A stretch of DNA of 64,000 nt from an uncultured Candidatus Saccharibacteria bacterium (GCA_964651655.1 CAZYVS010000001.1:5132-69131); one strand, 5' to 3'. Shown: positions 1-10,482, numbered from the stretch's first letter. Program-made: numbers and translations. The notes: generated by a model from the letters alone, not told the origin.

Positions 1-157
1 CCTCAATGGTAAAACCGGGTTTGGTATGGAGTTTAGTGAGTTTCCTTACACTTAATCACGGACCATTAGCGCTGGGCTTTTCTTTTTTTAATTTATTACC
101 GCATACGTTATAATTACGCGACCGCATTAAAGTAACGTATAACAATAAAACGCTATT

Positions 158-649
158 TTAGTAAACCTTCAAAAGTTTGAAGATGGGAGCAAGAAATGGG
201 TCAAAATGAGTGCCGTAAATGGTGGCGCCAAACAATCCGCCGGAGACAATGATAAAAAACAGACCTGTGATAACAAGAGGAATTAAGACGAATGGTTTCA
301 GGATAAAATGAAACCAAGTGGTCAAAGCTCGGCTTTGACCACTTTGATCGGAGTTTGGGTCGGTAAATTTGAAAACATAGGCAAAAGCAAGCATGCCGAA
401 TATTAACGCCGTAATAATAATAAAAAGCTTATATCTGTCCACTAGCATGTTTCCTCCCCTCAATTCAGTACTGAATTGGGCAGTGATAACTGTCGCTATT
501 GCTCCAAGTTCTCCAATAACAACAAGTGTCATCTTGATATGAAACCAATACGGCAAGGCTAAAATTTTCCTGATTCGCACAAGTTCAAAAACAACGTAAG
601 TCGTGAGAAAGGCGATAGGATAATGTATGACTAAGGGGTGAAGGTCCAT
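158..649 (-). CDS. hypothetical integral membrane protein
   Basis: 163-aa ORF that is hydrophobic throughout with several predicted TM helices. No recognisable motif. Confidence 0.4.
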   Translation of the reverse strand: MDLHPLVIHYPIAFLTTYVVFELVRIRKILALPYWFHIKMTLVVIGELGAIATVITAQFSTELRGGNMLVDRYKLFIIITALIFGMLAFAYVFKFTDPNSDQSGQSRALTTWFHFILKPFVLIPLVITGLFFIIVSGGLFGATIYGTHFDPFLAPIFKLLKVY

Positions 650-654
650 ATATT

Positions 655-2373
655 TTATTTTCTGATGCTTTCTAATTTTTCATGCTCTGCAAGACTTTGT
701 AAATGTCGAGTTTTTTCACCCTCAAACGCTTCCCTATCAAACCGATGATTGGCTATTAAAGAGGCGGCATGACTGGCGCCTAAGTAGTGAGGCATGATTA
801 CATAAGAAGCCCCCGCATGATAAAGCGCGTGTGTATCCGGAATATTGTGAGAAATTGTAACAAAGATACCTTCAGAGTTACGGCTTCGATAATGTGCGAG
901 CAAAGAAATATTGGTACGAAAATCCGGAATAGTGGACACAACCAGTTTGGCTTCGGAGAGATTTATTTCGTCCAGAAATTCGAGATCTTCCGCATCGCCG
1001 AAGCGGTATGGAACATGTTGCAATCTGGCGCGTTCAATGGCAGAAGGGTCATAATCTACCACCAGATAATTACCGGCGATCTGATTGGCTGTTTTGACGA
1101 AGTCATGCCCCACTCGATCGTAACCGAAAATAATAATCTCAAAATTTTCCCTTACATTATTTTCTGTCTTGCGTAATTTCCTAAACGTAATGAATTTCAG
1201 AACCGGTTTTAAGAAAGCATAAATATTGTCTGCATGTTGGATAAAGTAAGTCGAACCGATAATGGTAATCACCCCAACCAAGGTGACAAGAGAAACCGTC
1301 TCCAAATTAACGTGGCCGAGAGAAAACGCCAGCGCGATGAGAATAAGAGAAAACTCGCTGATTTGCGCCACCGTCAACCCGACCATGAAGGCGGTGCGGG
1401 TCCGATATCCAATGAGATTCATCAAAATAATTACAATCAAAGGATTACCAATCAAAACAAAGACGCTTAAGATTATGGCTGCGCCAAGGAGATTTGAAAA
1501 TTGGCCAAAAAGAATTTGTGAACCGAGTAAAACAAAGAAAAGCATAATAAAGAAATCTCGAAGCGGTTTCATCTTGGCGGCAATCTCGTAAGCGAAGGGA
1601 GAAGCCGCCAGAGTGATACCGGCCAGCAGCGCGCCAATTTCAACGGAAAAGCCTATGGTATAAAAAAGGGCCGACATACCCAATCCCCAAGCCAAAGAGA
1701 AAATAAACAGCACTTCCTGCGAACCGGCCACGAATCGGGAAAGGCCCGGTAAAACATATTTGCTGACAAGATAAAGAAAGACCGCCGCCAGCGCTCCCTT
1801 GCCCAAGAGCGTCGTTATTTCCATGAAAGCAAAGCGAGAAGGATCGCCTGTCGAGAGAGCGGCCGTGGCGCCCACAACCGTGATCATAAGGAGGAAAATG
1901 ACAGCCACAATGTCCTGGACAAGAAGAAGGCCGATGGATATCTTGCCATAAAGTTTGCCGAGGTCTCCCCTATCCGAAAGCAATTTAAGAACGATAATGG
2001 TGCTGGAAAAAGTAAGCGCGATGGCGATATAGATCGCCGAAAGTGTGTTAAAACCTAAAAATCGAACTAAGAAATAGCCAATGACGGAAGTGAAAATAAC
2101 TTGCCCGACTCCGGTAATAAAGGAGGGCTTTCCCACTTCTCGCATGACGTCTGGATTCAGAGTCAGTCCGACTATAAAGAGAAGCAGAGCAATGCCTATT
2201 TTAGAAAAAAATTCTATTTCTTCGCGAGAATAAAGAATATTTAACACGTATGGCCCCACAATAACGCCGGTAACGATATAACCGACAATCAGAGGCTGTT
2301 TAAAAAACTTTGTCACTAATGAAACAAGAGTGGCAATGATGATTATCAAAGAAATTTCGATAAAAATTACCAT
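655..2373 (-). CDS. monovalent cation:proton antiporter (CPA2/Kef-type) with C-terminal RCK/TrkA-N domain
   Basis: N-terminal roughly 400 aa is polytopic membrane sequence typical of Na+/H+ exchanger family. C-terminus has an 'IIIFGYDRVGHDFVK...VVDYDP...' Rossmann-like TrkA-N/RCK fold. Confidence 0.6.
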   Translation of the reverse strand: MVIFIEISLIIIIATLVSLVTKFFKQPLIVGYIVTGVIVGPYVLNILYSREEIEFFSKIGIALLLFIVGLTLNPDVMREVGKPSFITGVGQVIFTSVIGYFLVRFLGFNTLSAIYIAIALTFSSTIIVLKLLSDRGDLGKLYGKISIGLLLVQDIVAVIFLLMITVVGATAALSTGDPSRFAFMEITTLLGKGALAAVFLYLVSKYVLPGLSRFVAGSQEVLFIFSLAWGLGMSALFYTIGFSVEIGALLAGITLAASPFAYEIAAKMKPLRDFFIMLFFVLLGSQILFGQFSNLLGAAIILSVFVLIGNPLIVIILMNLIGYRTRTAFMVGLTVAQISEFSLILIALAFSLGHVNLETVSLVTLVGVITIIGSTYFIQHADNIYAFLKPVLKFITFRKLRKTENNVRENFEIIIFGYDRVGHDFVKTANQIAGNYLVVDYDPSAIERARLQHVPYRFGDAEDLEFLDEINLSEAKLVVSTIPDFRTNISLLAHYRSRNSEGIFVTISHNIPDTHALYHAGASYVIMPHYLGASHAASLIANHRFDREAFEGEKTRHLQSLAEHEKLESIRK

Positions 2374-4019
2374 TTCTTTTTCTTTATTACGACTTTAATA
2401 AAGGCGGTGAAGAGCGGATGCGGCGCCAGCGGTCGGGCCTTGAATTCCGGATGAAACTGTGTTGAAAGAAAGAAAGGATGAATATCTTTTGGTAATTCGG
2501 CTATTTCACAAAGACGCCCGTCCGGAGACAAACCGGAGAAAATCATCCCCGCTTTCTCAAGTCTTTCAACATAATTTGGATTAATTTCAAAGCGGTGCCT
2601 GTGCCTTTCGGAAATCTCGCGCCTCCCATAGGCTTCATAGGCAAGCGTTTTGAGCTTGAGCACTGCGGGATATGCGCCGAGACGCATGGTGCCGCCAAGT
2701 TTGCCGTCTTTTATTTTATTTTTTTGGTCCTCCATCACGTTGATAACGGGACAGGAAGTATTTTTATCTACTTCAGTGGTATGAGCGCCCTTAAGACCGG
2801 CGACCGAACGCGAATATTCAATCACTGCCAATTGCATACCATAACAAAGCCCGAGATACGGAATTTTATTTTCTCTGGCAAATTTAATGGTGCTGATAAT
2901 CCCTTCCACCCCATTGGCGCCAAAGCCGCCGGGCACTATCACTCCGTCAAATTTTTTAAGTTCGTTGATTTTGCGCTTACCTGTTTCGTATTCTTTGGCA
3001 TTGATCCATGTCAATTCAGGTTTAACATTTTGCCAATAGGCGGAAAATTTAACCGCCTCAATAACTGAAACGTAGGCATCGGAAAGCATAAAATCTCCGG
3101 TATCAAAATATTTACCTATCACTGCTATTTTGATTTTTTTCTTGGCAGATTCAGTTTTTGAGACAAATTTTTTCCAAGCAATCAAATCTTTTTTGCGCGG
3201 CCGCAAGTTAAAGTGGCTCAAAATTCTCTCACTCAAACCGTCACGTTCGAAGTTAATGGGCACGTCATAGATGCTTTCAATATCCGGAGCGGCAATAATA
3301 TCTTCGCTCAAGACTCCCGAAGCCAGGGCAATTTTTTCCTTTCGTTTCTGGTCAATGGAAACTTCTGACCGCGCGATAATCATATCTGGCTGAATACCGT
3401 ACGAATTAAGCTGGCGAATGGCGTTCTGGGTCAGTTTGGTTTTCATTTCACCGAGTTTGCCGGGAACCGGCAGATAAGAAACCATCACAAACATCACATT
3501 CTTAGGTTCACGAATTTTTAAAAGACGCGCCGCTTCCAAAAAAATCGAGTTTTGATACTCGCCCACCGTACCGCCTATCTCAACCACAGTAATATCGGCC
3601 TTGGTGTTTTTAACCGAGTGATGAAGACGGTTGAGAATTTCTTCGGTTACATGATAAACCGGCTCAACGCACTTGCCGTCGTAGCCTAGGGCGCGTTCTT
3701 TATCAATAACGTGTTTGAGTATCATACCGTTAGTAAGATAGTTATCCCCCGGCATGTCAGTATTAAGAAAGCGTTCATAATTACCCATGTCTTGATCTGT
3801 TTCTAAACCGGAGTCCAAGACAAAGACTTCTCCGTGTTCAACAGGGTTCATGGTGCCGGCATCGACATTTAAATAAGGGTCAGCTTTGATAAGACTGACC
3901 TTGAAACCTTTTGATTGAAGAATGACTCCGATAGAAGAGGTCGCGATACCCTTGCCGACTCCCGACATTACTCCTCCCACGACAAAGATATATTTATGTT
4001 CTCTCTTCCGTGTGTTCAT
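2367..4019 (-). CDS. pyrG: CTP synthase
   Basis: N-terminus 'KYIFVVGGVMSGVGKGIATSSIG...KADPYLNVDAGTMNP' is the canonical CTP synthase synthetase domain. C-terminal glutamine amidotransferase region has 'GLCYGMQ' with a Cys-His pair. 550 aa. Confidence 0.9.
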   Translation of the reverse strand: MNTRKREHKYIFVVGGVMSGVGKGIATSSIGVILQSKGFKVSLIKADPYLNVDAGTMNPVEHGEVFVLDSGLETDQDMGNYERFLNTDMPGDNYLTNGMILKHVIDKERALGYDGKCVEPVYHVTEEILNRLHHSVKNTKADITVVEIGGTVGEYQNSIFLEAARLLKIREPKNVMFVMVSYLPVPGKLGEMKTKLTQNAIRQLNSYGIQPDMIIARSEVSIDQKRKEKIALASGVLSEDIIAAPDIESIYDVPINFERDGLSERILSHFNLRPRKKDLIAWKKFVSKTESAKKKIKIAVIGKYFDTGDFMLSDAYVSVIEAVKFSAYWQNVKPELTWINAKEYETGKRKINELKKFDGVIVPGGFGANGVEGIISTIKFARENKIPYLGLCYGMQLAVIEYSRSVAGLKGAHTTEVDKNTSCPVINVMEDQKNKIKDGKLGGTMRLGAYPAVLKLKTLAYEAYGRREISERHRHRFEINPNYVERLEKAGMIFSGLSPDGRLCEIAELPKDIHPFFLSTQFHPEFKARPLAPHPLFTAFIKVVIKKKKW

Positions 4020-4079
4020 TGTTTTTATTATAACGGAAATATTGAAAAGCCTCCAACTTTCCTATATTGTGTAGTGCAT

Positions 4080-4150
4080 TGCCGGCTCGTCTAATGGTAG
4101 GACACATCCCTCTGGAGGATGTTATCGGGGTCCGAGTCCCTGGCCGGCAG
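4080..4150 (+). tRNA. tRNA-Gln (anticodon CTG)
   Basis: Hand-folded cloverleaf. Acceptor TGCCGGC/GCCGGCA. D-stem GTCT/GGAC. Anticodon stem CATCC/GGATG with loop CTCTGGA (anticodon CUG). T-stem CGGGG/CCCTG with loop TCCGAGT. No encoded CCA. Confidence 0.65.
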
Positions 4151-4166
4151 CCGGTAAAATAAATTT

Positions 4167-4631
4167 ATGACATCATACAAACACACCCAAATTGGGTATC
4201 TGATGCTCACAGTCTTACTAGCCGTACTGGTTTTTTTCGCATGGCTTCAAATTACAGCGAGGGCTGAACCCCCTTCGTACTACTCCGGCACGAATTTTGC
4301 CATTACTGCTATAATGGTATTAATCCTGTTTATCCTTGCATCGTTTGTTACGCTCTCAGTGTCGATTGATGAAAATTATCTTCGAATCAAATTTGGTTAT
4401 GGCATTTTTCGCAAACACTTTTTAATCAGTGAGATTGCCTCTGTCGAACAAGTAAAAAATCACTGGTACTACGGTTGGGGTATACGCGTGTGGTTCTGGC
4501 CATACATGTGGATTTATAATGTTTCCGGTTTTGACGCCGTTGAACTGGTTATGAAAAACGGAAGAGTGTATCGTATTGGAACAAATGTTCCCGGGGAATT
4601 GGAGGCCGCAATCAAGACTGCGTTAAAATAA
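4167..4631 (+). CDS. hypothetical small membrane protein
   Basis: 154-aa ORF with two or three hydrophobic helices. A strong hairpin follows it. Confidence 0.4.
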   Translation: MTSYKHTQIGYLMLTVLLAVLVFFAWLQITARAEPPSYYSGTNFAITAIMVLILFILASFVTLSVSIDENYLRIKFGYGIFRKHFLISEIASVEQVKNHWYYGWGIRVWFWPYMWIYNVSGFDAVELVMKNGRVYRIGTNVPGELEAAIKTALK

Positions 4632-4644
4632 CAATAACCAAAAA

Positions 4645-4677
4645 GGGACATCGGGTGTCTTTTACACCCGATGTCCC
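4645..4677. terminator. bidirectional intrinsic terminator hairpin between convergent genes
   Basis: Perfect 14-bp inverted repeat GGGACATCGGGTGT / ACACCCGATGTCCC with a 5-nt loop. A-run on the 5' side and T-rich on the 3' side. Sits between the convergent ORFs 4167..4631(+) and 4690..5202(-). Confidence 0.6.
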
Positions 4678-4689
4678 CTTGTAAGCCAA

Positions 4690-5202
4690 TTACTGAAGGC
4701 GCGGTAACAGAGAGTCTTCCTCATTATAGATGAGCTCGTCGCAGAAGAGGGATACGCCCCCTCTGTTAAAATTCCTCTTCCCGATATCAATCCTGATACC
4801 CCCATAATGTTGTGCGAGCATGAGAAACTCATCTATATCGTCCTTTCTGGAACTTGCCTCCGCAAGCATTCCAACCTCCACCCCACCTTCCAACCCTCTG
4901 ATTCTTGAAAGAGGCGGATAAAGGTTGAGTAGAAATCTTCTGTCGGTTTCGAGGTAAAAATAAATCTCTACCTCGACTATTCCGCGTGTTTCGTCAAAAA
5001 ACACATAGGGCGATTGGCCGAGCTCCCTCATTCTCCAGCACATAATCAACACTGGAGGAAGTTGGGGTAAGGGATATTCGATATCTATCACAGGAACAAC
5101 CTCTGTCGCCTCTTTTACGTGGCGCAAAAAGATTTTGTTGGCCTGACCCTCAAACCAAACCAGCGTTTTGCCGTCATTATCAAGAAAGCGAAACATAGAC
5201 AC
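4690..5202 (-). CDS. hypothetical protein
   Basis: 170-aa ORF, no recognisable motif. Lies immediately downstream of the glycogen gene cluster on the same strand. Confidence 0.35.
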   Translation of the reverse strand: MSMFRFLDNDGKTLVWFEGQANKIFLRHVKEATEVVPVIDIEYPLPQLPPVLIMCWRMRELGQSPYVFFDETRGIVEVEIYFYLETDRRFLLNLYPPLSRIRGLEGGVEVGMLAEASSRKDDIDEFLMLAQHYGGIRIDIGKRNFNRGGVSLFCDELIYNEEDSLLPRLQ

Positions 5203-5296
5203 CCCCTTGTTTAATTACCAACAATACCAGTGTTATTTCTATCTTAATACACCCTCTCATAATAATAAGTAAATTTCAAGAGAAATAAAAATATGT

Positions 5297-6796
5297 TCAA
5301 GTTCCCCTCTGTTCCGGTTGGCCGCCGCGCAGTTCGGCATATTTTTGTTTATATTGTGCTATCGTCTTCTCCACTTCTTCGTTAGGGATTTCTACTCGCA
5401 ATAAATCTATAGCATTAATAGTGTCATAAATATCAAGCTTGTTTTCCAATTTATACATGGCATCGCGCCAGAGTATGGCCTTTTCGTATTCACCTCGCCT
5501 AGCCGCTTCATGTTCAAGTTTTTTCATCATATCAATAAATGCGTCATACACACCTTGTTCTGCCCCGCCGCGGCCAATGGTGCGATCTTTGAACGGGATA
5601 CGCAGAATTGAGTGCTGCTCTTGCATCATGGTTCGGATACGTCCGGTGCGTTGCCAATTAAAGGCGGTTGATATTATTTTTTCATAAAGTTCGCGCGCTT
5701 CGTCAATAGTTTTTTCCGGCACATTGGGCACCATACGAATAGTTTCAAGAAGGCGGTAGGCCCCGTCCTCAATCATTTCCACGCTCCACCAAGGTTTGGC
5801 CGAGGCCCACCAGAAATGATCACTGGCTGTCGCGATGTCCATTTTCTTTTTTACTTCGGGGAAAATGATGTCGTTCTTATCCATCGCCTCCACTTCTCGG
5901 CGAACCAGATGAAAAAGTTTCCACTGCCATTTATGAATTTTATTTTCCGGATCATTCCAAGAAAGAAATTGGATACCGAGATCAATATCGTTTTTGCTTG
6001 AGGCCCAGGTGGAAGCGATGGGAAGAAGTTCCTCTATTTCGCGCTTATCTTCCAAAAGGTCGGAAATTTTAACTAAATTAAAATCTGTCGTATCAAGAAT
6101 ATTAAAAAGCATTTTTTCGAGTCCGGGTCTATGGTGCCCAAACGTCTCGCCGTCCATAGCGGTGATAATGTAGTGTAAACTCCCGGGCTCATTCTTCATC
6201 GCTTGATGGAGAGTTTCTTTGGAACGCACAACGGCGCTCATGATAAGATTGCTCAATCGCCGTTCACGGAAAAATACCAGAAGTTTTGAATCCTTAATTT
6301 TATAAATTTTCGTATAATTCACTCGGCCGGCTTCGCCCTTGGCGGCTATTTCATCAATAATAATCCATTCAAAGCCAAGCGATTCAATAATGGGAGTCAG
6401 GCGGTTGTCCCAGGCCATTTCGGGAGGAAAAAATCCGCGCGGGTGATACGCTTTGCCCCCGAGATAAAATAAACAAGCGCTATTATTAGTTTCAATCTGG
6501 CGACGGATATCTTCTTCTTCAAGCAACGGTAAAAAAGCGTGATACTTCGCGCTGCCGGTGAATTCAATTTTTCCTTCTTCGCCTCCTTTTTTGAGCATAC
6601 TTAAAAGGTCGTGATGCCGGTATTTATCAAACAGTTCCAGAAGCGCGCCATTGATATTTAAAGTGACGCGAGTCTTGGGAGATTCTGTCAGATGTGTCAG
6701 AATCGGCCGGTAACTCTGGACGACGATAGATTCAAGTATATCGGGTTGCTGATCAGCCGGTTGGTATATGTGTAAAAAATTGGCCCATTTCATCAA
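5297..6796 (-). CDS. glycoside hydrolase family 57-like alpha-glucan enzyme (branching enzyme / 4-alpha-glucanotransferase type)
   Basis: N-terminus 'ANFLHIYQP' resembles the GH57 'HxHQP' start. Length of about 500 aa fits. Co-oriented with glycogen synthase and alpha-glucan phosphorylase. Confidence 0.55.
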   Translation of the reverse strand: MMKWANFLHIYQPADQQPDILESIVVQSYRPILTHLTESPKTRVTLNINGALLELFDKYRHHDLLSMLKKGGEEGKIEFTGSAKYHAFLPLLEEEDIRRQIETNNSACLFYLGGKAYHPRGFFPPEMAWDNRLTPIIESLGFEWIIIDEIAAKGEAGRVNYTKIYKIKDSKLLVFFRERRLSNLIMSAVVRSKETLHQAMKNEPGSLHYIITAMDGETFGHHRPGLEKMLFNILDTTDFNLVKISDLLEDKREIEELLPIASTWASSKNDIDLGIQFLSWNDPENKIHKWQWKLFHLVRREVEAMDKNDIIFPEVKKKMDIATASDHFWWASAKPWWSVEMIEDGAYRLLETIRMVPNVPEKTIDEARELYEKIISTAFNWQRTGRIRTMMQEQHSILRIPFKDRTIGRGGAEQGVYDAFIDMMKKLEHEAARRGEYEKAILWRDAMYKLENKLDIYDTINAIDLLRVEIPNEEVEKTIAQYKQKYAELRGGQPEQRGT

Positions 6797-6804
6797 AATT
6801 TAAA

Positions 6805-8322
6805 TTAATACCGATTATGAATTTCAACGGCTCGTTGGAAAAGAGCGATATATTTTTTAGCCGAACTTATCCACGAAAAATCCGCTGCCATGGCTCGTTT
6901 TTGAAGCGCCCGCCAGTCTTTCTTGTCGCGGAAATTTTCAAAAGCGCGAACGAAAGAAATCATAAGCGATGAAGAGTCAAACCGTTCAAAAGTGAAGCCG
7001 GTACCGGTTTCTTTGTTGGGATTATAATCTTCAACGCTGTCGGCCAAACCGCCGGTTTTTCTGACAATCGGTATAGCGCCCATTCTCATTGCTTCCATCT
7101 GGACAAGTCCGCATGGTTCAAATTGCGACGGTACTAGTACCGCGTCAACCCCCGCAAAAACCAAATGAGGCAAGACATTATCAAACTTCAAGTGTGTTGC
7201 CACTTTTTCGGGATATTTGCTTTCAAGGTCATGAAAGAAACCCATAAACTCCCCCTCTCCCACCACGATAAGTTGTATCGGAAGTTCATTTAAAAGTGTT
7301 TCCATCACGTGAAGCAGTAGGTCCAGACCTTTTTGTTTAGTCAGACGACCGACGATACTTACAATAAACGCATTCTTGTCAATCGGCAGTCTAAAGCGTT
7401 CCTGCAGAGCGGTTCTATTTTTGCACCGCAGGTCAAGATGTTTGGAATCATAAGTCGATTCTATATTTGCATCGATTTCCGGATTCCAAAGGTCATAATC
7501 AATGCCATTCAGTATCCCGGACAAAACCGCGCGGCGTTCGCGCAAAAGATCGTCGAGAAGCTCGCCGTATTCTTCGGTCATAATTTCTTTGGCGTAGGTT
7601 GGCGACACGGTATTAATGACATCGGAATAAATAATTCCCCGGCGCATGCCATTTAAATGTTCAAGCCGAGGAGAATTAAACCCGGGTATGGACGAATGTC
7701 CGTCGTCAAAATCCATTTCCGAAACAAATTTATGGTCAAACATCGCCTGGAAATACAAATTATGAATGGTTAAAACGGAAGCGATTTTGGAAAGTACCGG
7801 ATCGTTTTTGTAAACGGTCTTGAGAAAATTGGCAACCAGTCCCGTCTGCCAATCGGAAGAAACGACAACATCCGGGGTCCAATTGGAATGCAATCGGACA
7901 AACTCTAGAGCACCCCGGCAAAGAAGAGCCCAGCGAACCGCGTCATCGGCGTAACCGTAAACATTGGCCCTTTGTTCGTAATATTCTTGATTTTCCAAAA
8001 AATAAGTGGTAACCGGGTCAGTATCTTTCTTCTTGGGATCATAACGCTTGACATTGCAAACAAGATGAGCCGGCTCGTTTTCATTTCCTGTCGGCACTTC
8101 AAGCCCCTTGAAATCAAGCTTTAATTTATATATGTTTTCGTCCACCGAAAGATACTTGGGAATTATTACTCGAGCGTCATGTCCCAGTTCGCGAAGAGCG
8201 CGCGGCAGAGAATAAATGACCGAACCGAGACCCCCCACTTTAACAAAAGGCGCCGCTTCGGTGGCAACAAAGAGGATTTTGAGACTTTTCTTGGTCTGGA
8301 AAATTCCCATTACACTTTTCAT
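6805..8322 (-). CDS. glgA: glycogen (starch) synthase, GT5 family
   Basis: N-terminal 'KILFVATEAAPFVKVGGLGSV' is the GlgA KxGGL motif region. C-terminal GT-B region 'QFEPCGLVQMEAMRMGAIPIVRKTGGLADSV' is present. Confidence 0.85.
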   Translation of the reverse strand: MKSVMGIFQTKKSLKILFVATEAAPFVKVGGLGSVIYSLPRALRELGHDARVIIPKYLSVDENIYKLKLDFKGLEVPTGNENEPAHLVCNVKRYDPKKKDTDPVTTYFLENQEYYEQRANVYGYADDAVRWALLCRGALEFVRLHSNWTPDVVVSSDWQTGLVANFLKTVYKNDPVLSKIASVLTIHNLYFQAMFDHKFVSEMDFDDGHSSIPGFNSPRLEHLNGMRRGIIYSDVINTVSPTYAKEIMTEEYGELLDDLLRERRAVLSGILNGIDYDLWNPEIDANIESTYDSKHLDLRCKNRTALQERFRLPIDKNAFIVSIVGRLTKQKGLDLLLHVMETLLNELPIQLIVVGEGEFMGFFHDLESKYPEKVATHLKFDNVLPHLVFAGVDAVLVPSQFEPCGLVQMEAMRMGAIPIVRKTGGLADSVEDYNPNKETGTGFTFERFDSSSLMISFVRAFENFRDKKDWRALQKRAMAADFSWISSAKKYIALFQRAVEIHNRY

Positions 8323-8337
8323 CGTATCACATGTTTA

Positions 8338-9993
8338 CTAAAGCACCAAGTAAGATTTCTTGAGATAATCATGAAGCATTCTCCCAGCGGTAAAGCTCGA
8401 TGCCACAATTTTTTGCGTGGCGCGCATTCGTTTGACCCACTCCGACGGCAACCCTTCAGTTCCTCTTTTATAAAAAAGAGGAATAATTTCTTTTTCAACG
8501 GTATCATAGATGGCCGTGGCTGTATCATCTCCGGGTAAAATAAAGCCGATATTCGACCAATTGACTTCATCTATCCAACCATCGGAAGTGCTGACTTGAA
8601 TCGCCCCATTTAAACCCGCTTTCATGCCGCTCGTCCCGCAAGCTTCAAAGCCCCTCTCCGGAGTGTTAAGCCAGACATCCGCTCCCAGCACCAATTCTTT
8701 GGCCACGGTTGTTGAATAATCTTCAAGATAAACGATTTTATTGTTAAAAACGGGATTTTTGATGATAGTTTTTATTTTTTCAATTGTTTTTAGCCCGGCT
8801 GTATCAGATTCATGCGCTTGACCGGAAATAATAAATTGCGCTTTGGAGTGACCGAAGCAGATTCGCTCCAAGCGAGCCAAGTCTGAGAAAAGCAATTCGG
8901 GACGCTTGTATCGAGCAAAGCGCCGGGACCATACTATAGTGCAAGCGTCCGCGTCAAGCGTCACTCCGGTCTTGGCGGCCACAAAATTTACCAGCCCTTC
9001 TCGTAAATCTCTTTTGATTTGCCAAATGGTTTCATCGGTCAATTGAGTTTTATCTTTGAGATTGATACGCCAAGCATCTGCCTGCCAACGCTTAACAAAC
9101 ACTCCATTGGTAATGGGAAAAAGGATGCTGTCCGGATGAGCCAGTTTCTCAAAGACCGTGTGTAAAATACTGACGCCATTTTGTCTTTGGGCGCAGTTCA
9201 ATAAAAACTGAGTCGTCGAAAAAATTTTTGCGATATTTTTATTTTCTCCAAGTTTGAAAATATCGTTAGCGGAAATGCCGTTCGCTTGACAATACGGTCC
9301 GACCAGCGCTCCGAATTTTTCTTCGCTCACGCTTAATCCCGACAAAGAAAAAATGGTGTGTTTGGTCGCCGCAATTTTTTCCTTGATAGAAGCGACGGCC
9401 GTCTTGATATCTTTCGTTTTATTGGCCGTTATTTTTTGCATTAGAAGTTCAAAAGCGGCAAAAGCGGTATGACCTTCGTTTAGATGATAAGCGCTTGGCG
9501 TTATACCGAGTTTGGAAAGAATTCTGACTCCTCCTATGCCCAACAATATTTCCTGTTTGGTTTGAATATTCGGATTTGAATCGTAAAGACGATTGGTAAT
9601 AGCTTTATTTTCCGGCGAATTTTCTGAAATATCCGTATCCAAAAGCAAAAGATACGCGCTTTTGCCGAAGCGGCGCGCCCAAACGCGCGCCCTGACAGTT
9701 TCCTCCCCATACGGCGCATCCGTTAAAACAGGCTTGCCGGCCCTTTCAATCACTGAAAAATCTTTTATACATTCGGTAGCCATTGAACCTTTATACTTGA
9801 GCCCAATAGCCACGAAAGGCAAACCTTCGTCAGCCGCTTCAAGAACAAAATCACCCGCCAGGACGCCCAGTCCGCCGGCATACATGGAAGAATCTTCGCC
9901 CAAGGCATATTCGGCGCAAAAAAACACCACCGGAGCGTTTTCCAAACGTTTGTACTCCGGCGCGGAGTTAAAAGTGATTGTTTTTACATCCAT
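8338..9993 (-). CDS. glgP: alpha-glucan phosphorylase (GT35, short form)
   Basis: 'AEYALGEDSSMYAGGLGVLAGDF' and 'HLNEGHTAFAAFELL' are glycogen phosphorylase signature stretches. The 551-aa short archaeal/CPR-type length fits. Confidence 0.8.
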   Translation of the reverse strand: MDVKTITFNSAPEYKRLENAPVVFFCAEYALGEDSSMYAGGLGVLAGDFVLEAADEGLPFVAIGLKYKGSMATECIKDFSVIERAGKPVLTDAPYGEETVRARVWARRFGKSAYLLLLDTDISENSPENKAITNRLYDSNPNIQTKQEILLGIGGVRILSKLGITPSAYHLNEGHTAFAAFELLMQKITANKTKDIKTAVASIKEKIAATKHTIFSLSGLSVSEEKFGALVGPYCQANGISANDIFKLGENKNIAKIFSTTQFLLNCAQRQNGVSILHTVFEKLAHPDSILFPITNGVFVKRWQADAWRINLKDKTQLTDETIWQIKRDLREGLVNFVAAKTGVTLDADACTIVWSRRFARYKRPELLFSDLARLERICFGHSKAQFIISGQAHESDTAGLKTIEKIKTIIKNPVFNNKIVYLEDYSTTVAKELVLGADVWLNTPERGFEACGTSGMKAGLNGAIQVSTSDGWIDEVNWSNIGFILPGDDTATAIYDTVEKEIIPLFYKRGTEGLPSEWVKRMRATQKIVASSFTAGRMLHDYLKKSYLVL

Positions 9994-10011
9994 CTTTGAG
10001 GATGGCGCGAA

Positions 10012-10482
10012 TCAGCGGACAATAAGACTTCCAACCATGCCCAGGGCGCGATGATTACCAATAGAACAGTAATACTCAAAAGTGCCAACTTTGTCTGCCA
10101 CAAAGGAAATCGTCTGTGTTTCTCCGACATTAAGCGTCCGAGTAGAAGCGTTAAATTCATCTATCTTCAAATTGTGCGTGCCCTTTGTATTCTTGACCGT
10201 AAGCTTGACAGTATCACCTCGGTTGACTGTGATAGTCGAGGGCGTAAAAGAGAAAGACGCGGCATCAATGCTGAATTCTTTAACATTATTGACGGCGCTT
10301 TCCTCCGTTACTTCTTCCACCACCTTCTCCGTGACCGGAGTTCCTCCTATCCCGCTTGTCGGGACCGGCATATTGTTATTGATCTCCGTCTCGGTCGGCG
10401 CTACCCCCTTGCTTTTAAACAAGAAAAAACCGCCCAGCACCAAAACGATGATAATAATAACTGTCACTAATGTGTTGTTCAT
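10012..10482 (-). CDS. membrane-anchored cupredoxin (plastocyanin/azurin-like blue copper protein)
   Basis: N-terminal TM helix. C-terminal domain has type-1 copper ligand spacing His ('GTHN') ... Cys-x2-His ('YCSIGNH') ... Met ('LGM'). Confidence 0.6.
   Translation of the reverse strand: MNNTLVTVIIIIVLVLGGFFLFKSKGVAPTETEINNNMPVPTSGIGGTPVTEKVVEEVTEESAVNNVKEFSIDAASFSFTPSTITVNRGDTVKLTVKNTKGTHNLKIDEFNASTRTLNVGETQTISFVADKVGTFEYYCSIGNHRALGMVGSLIVR

Noticed and set aside
1-157. Possible promoter or RNA in the first 157 nt (ACGTTATAAT motif also seen upstream of topA at 39297)
   Set aside because: The motif recurs only twice and the window edge truncates the context. There is not enough to call a feature.
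787-1591. Plus-strand ORFs (129, 78 and 109 aa) inside the antiporter gene
   Set aside because: They are antisense to a long, clearly membrane-protein ORF. They have low complexity and no start context.
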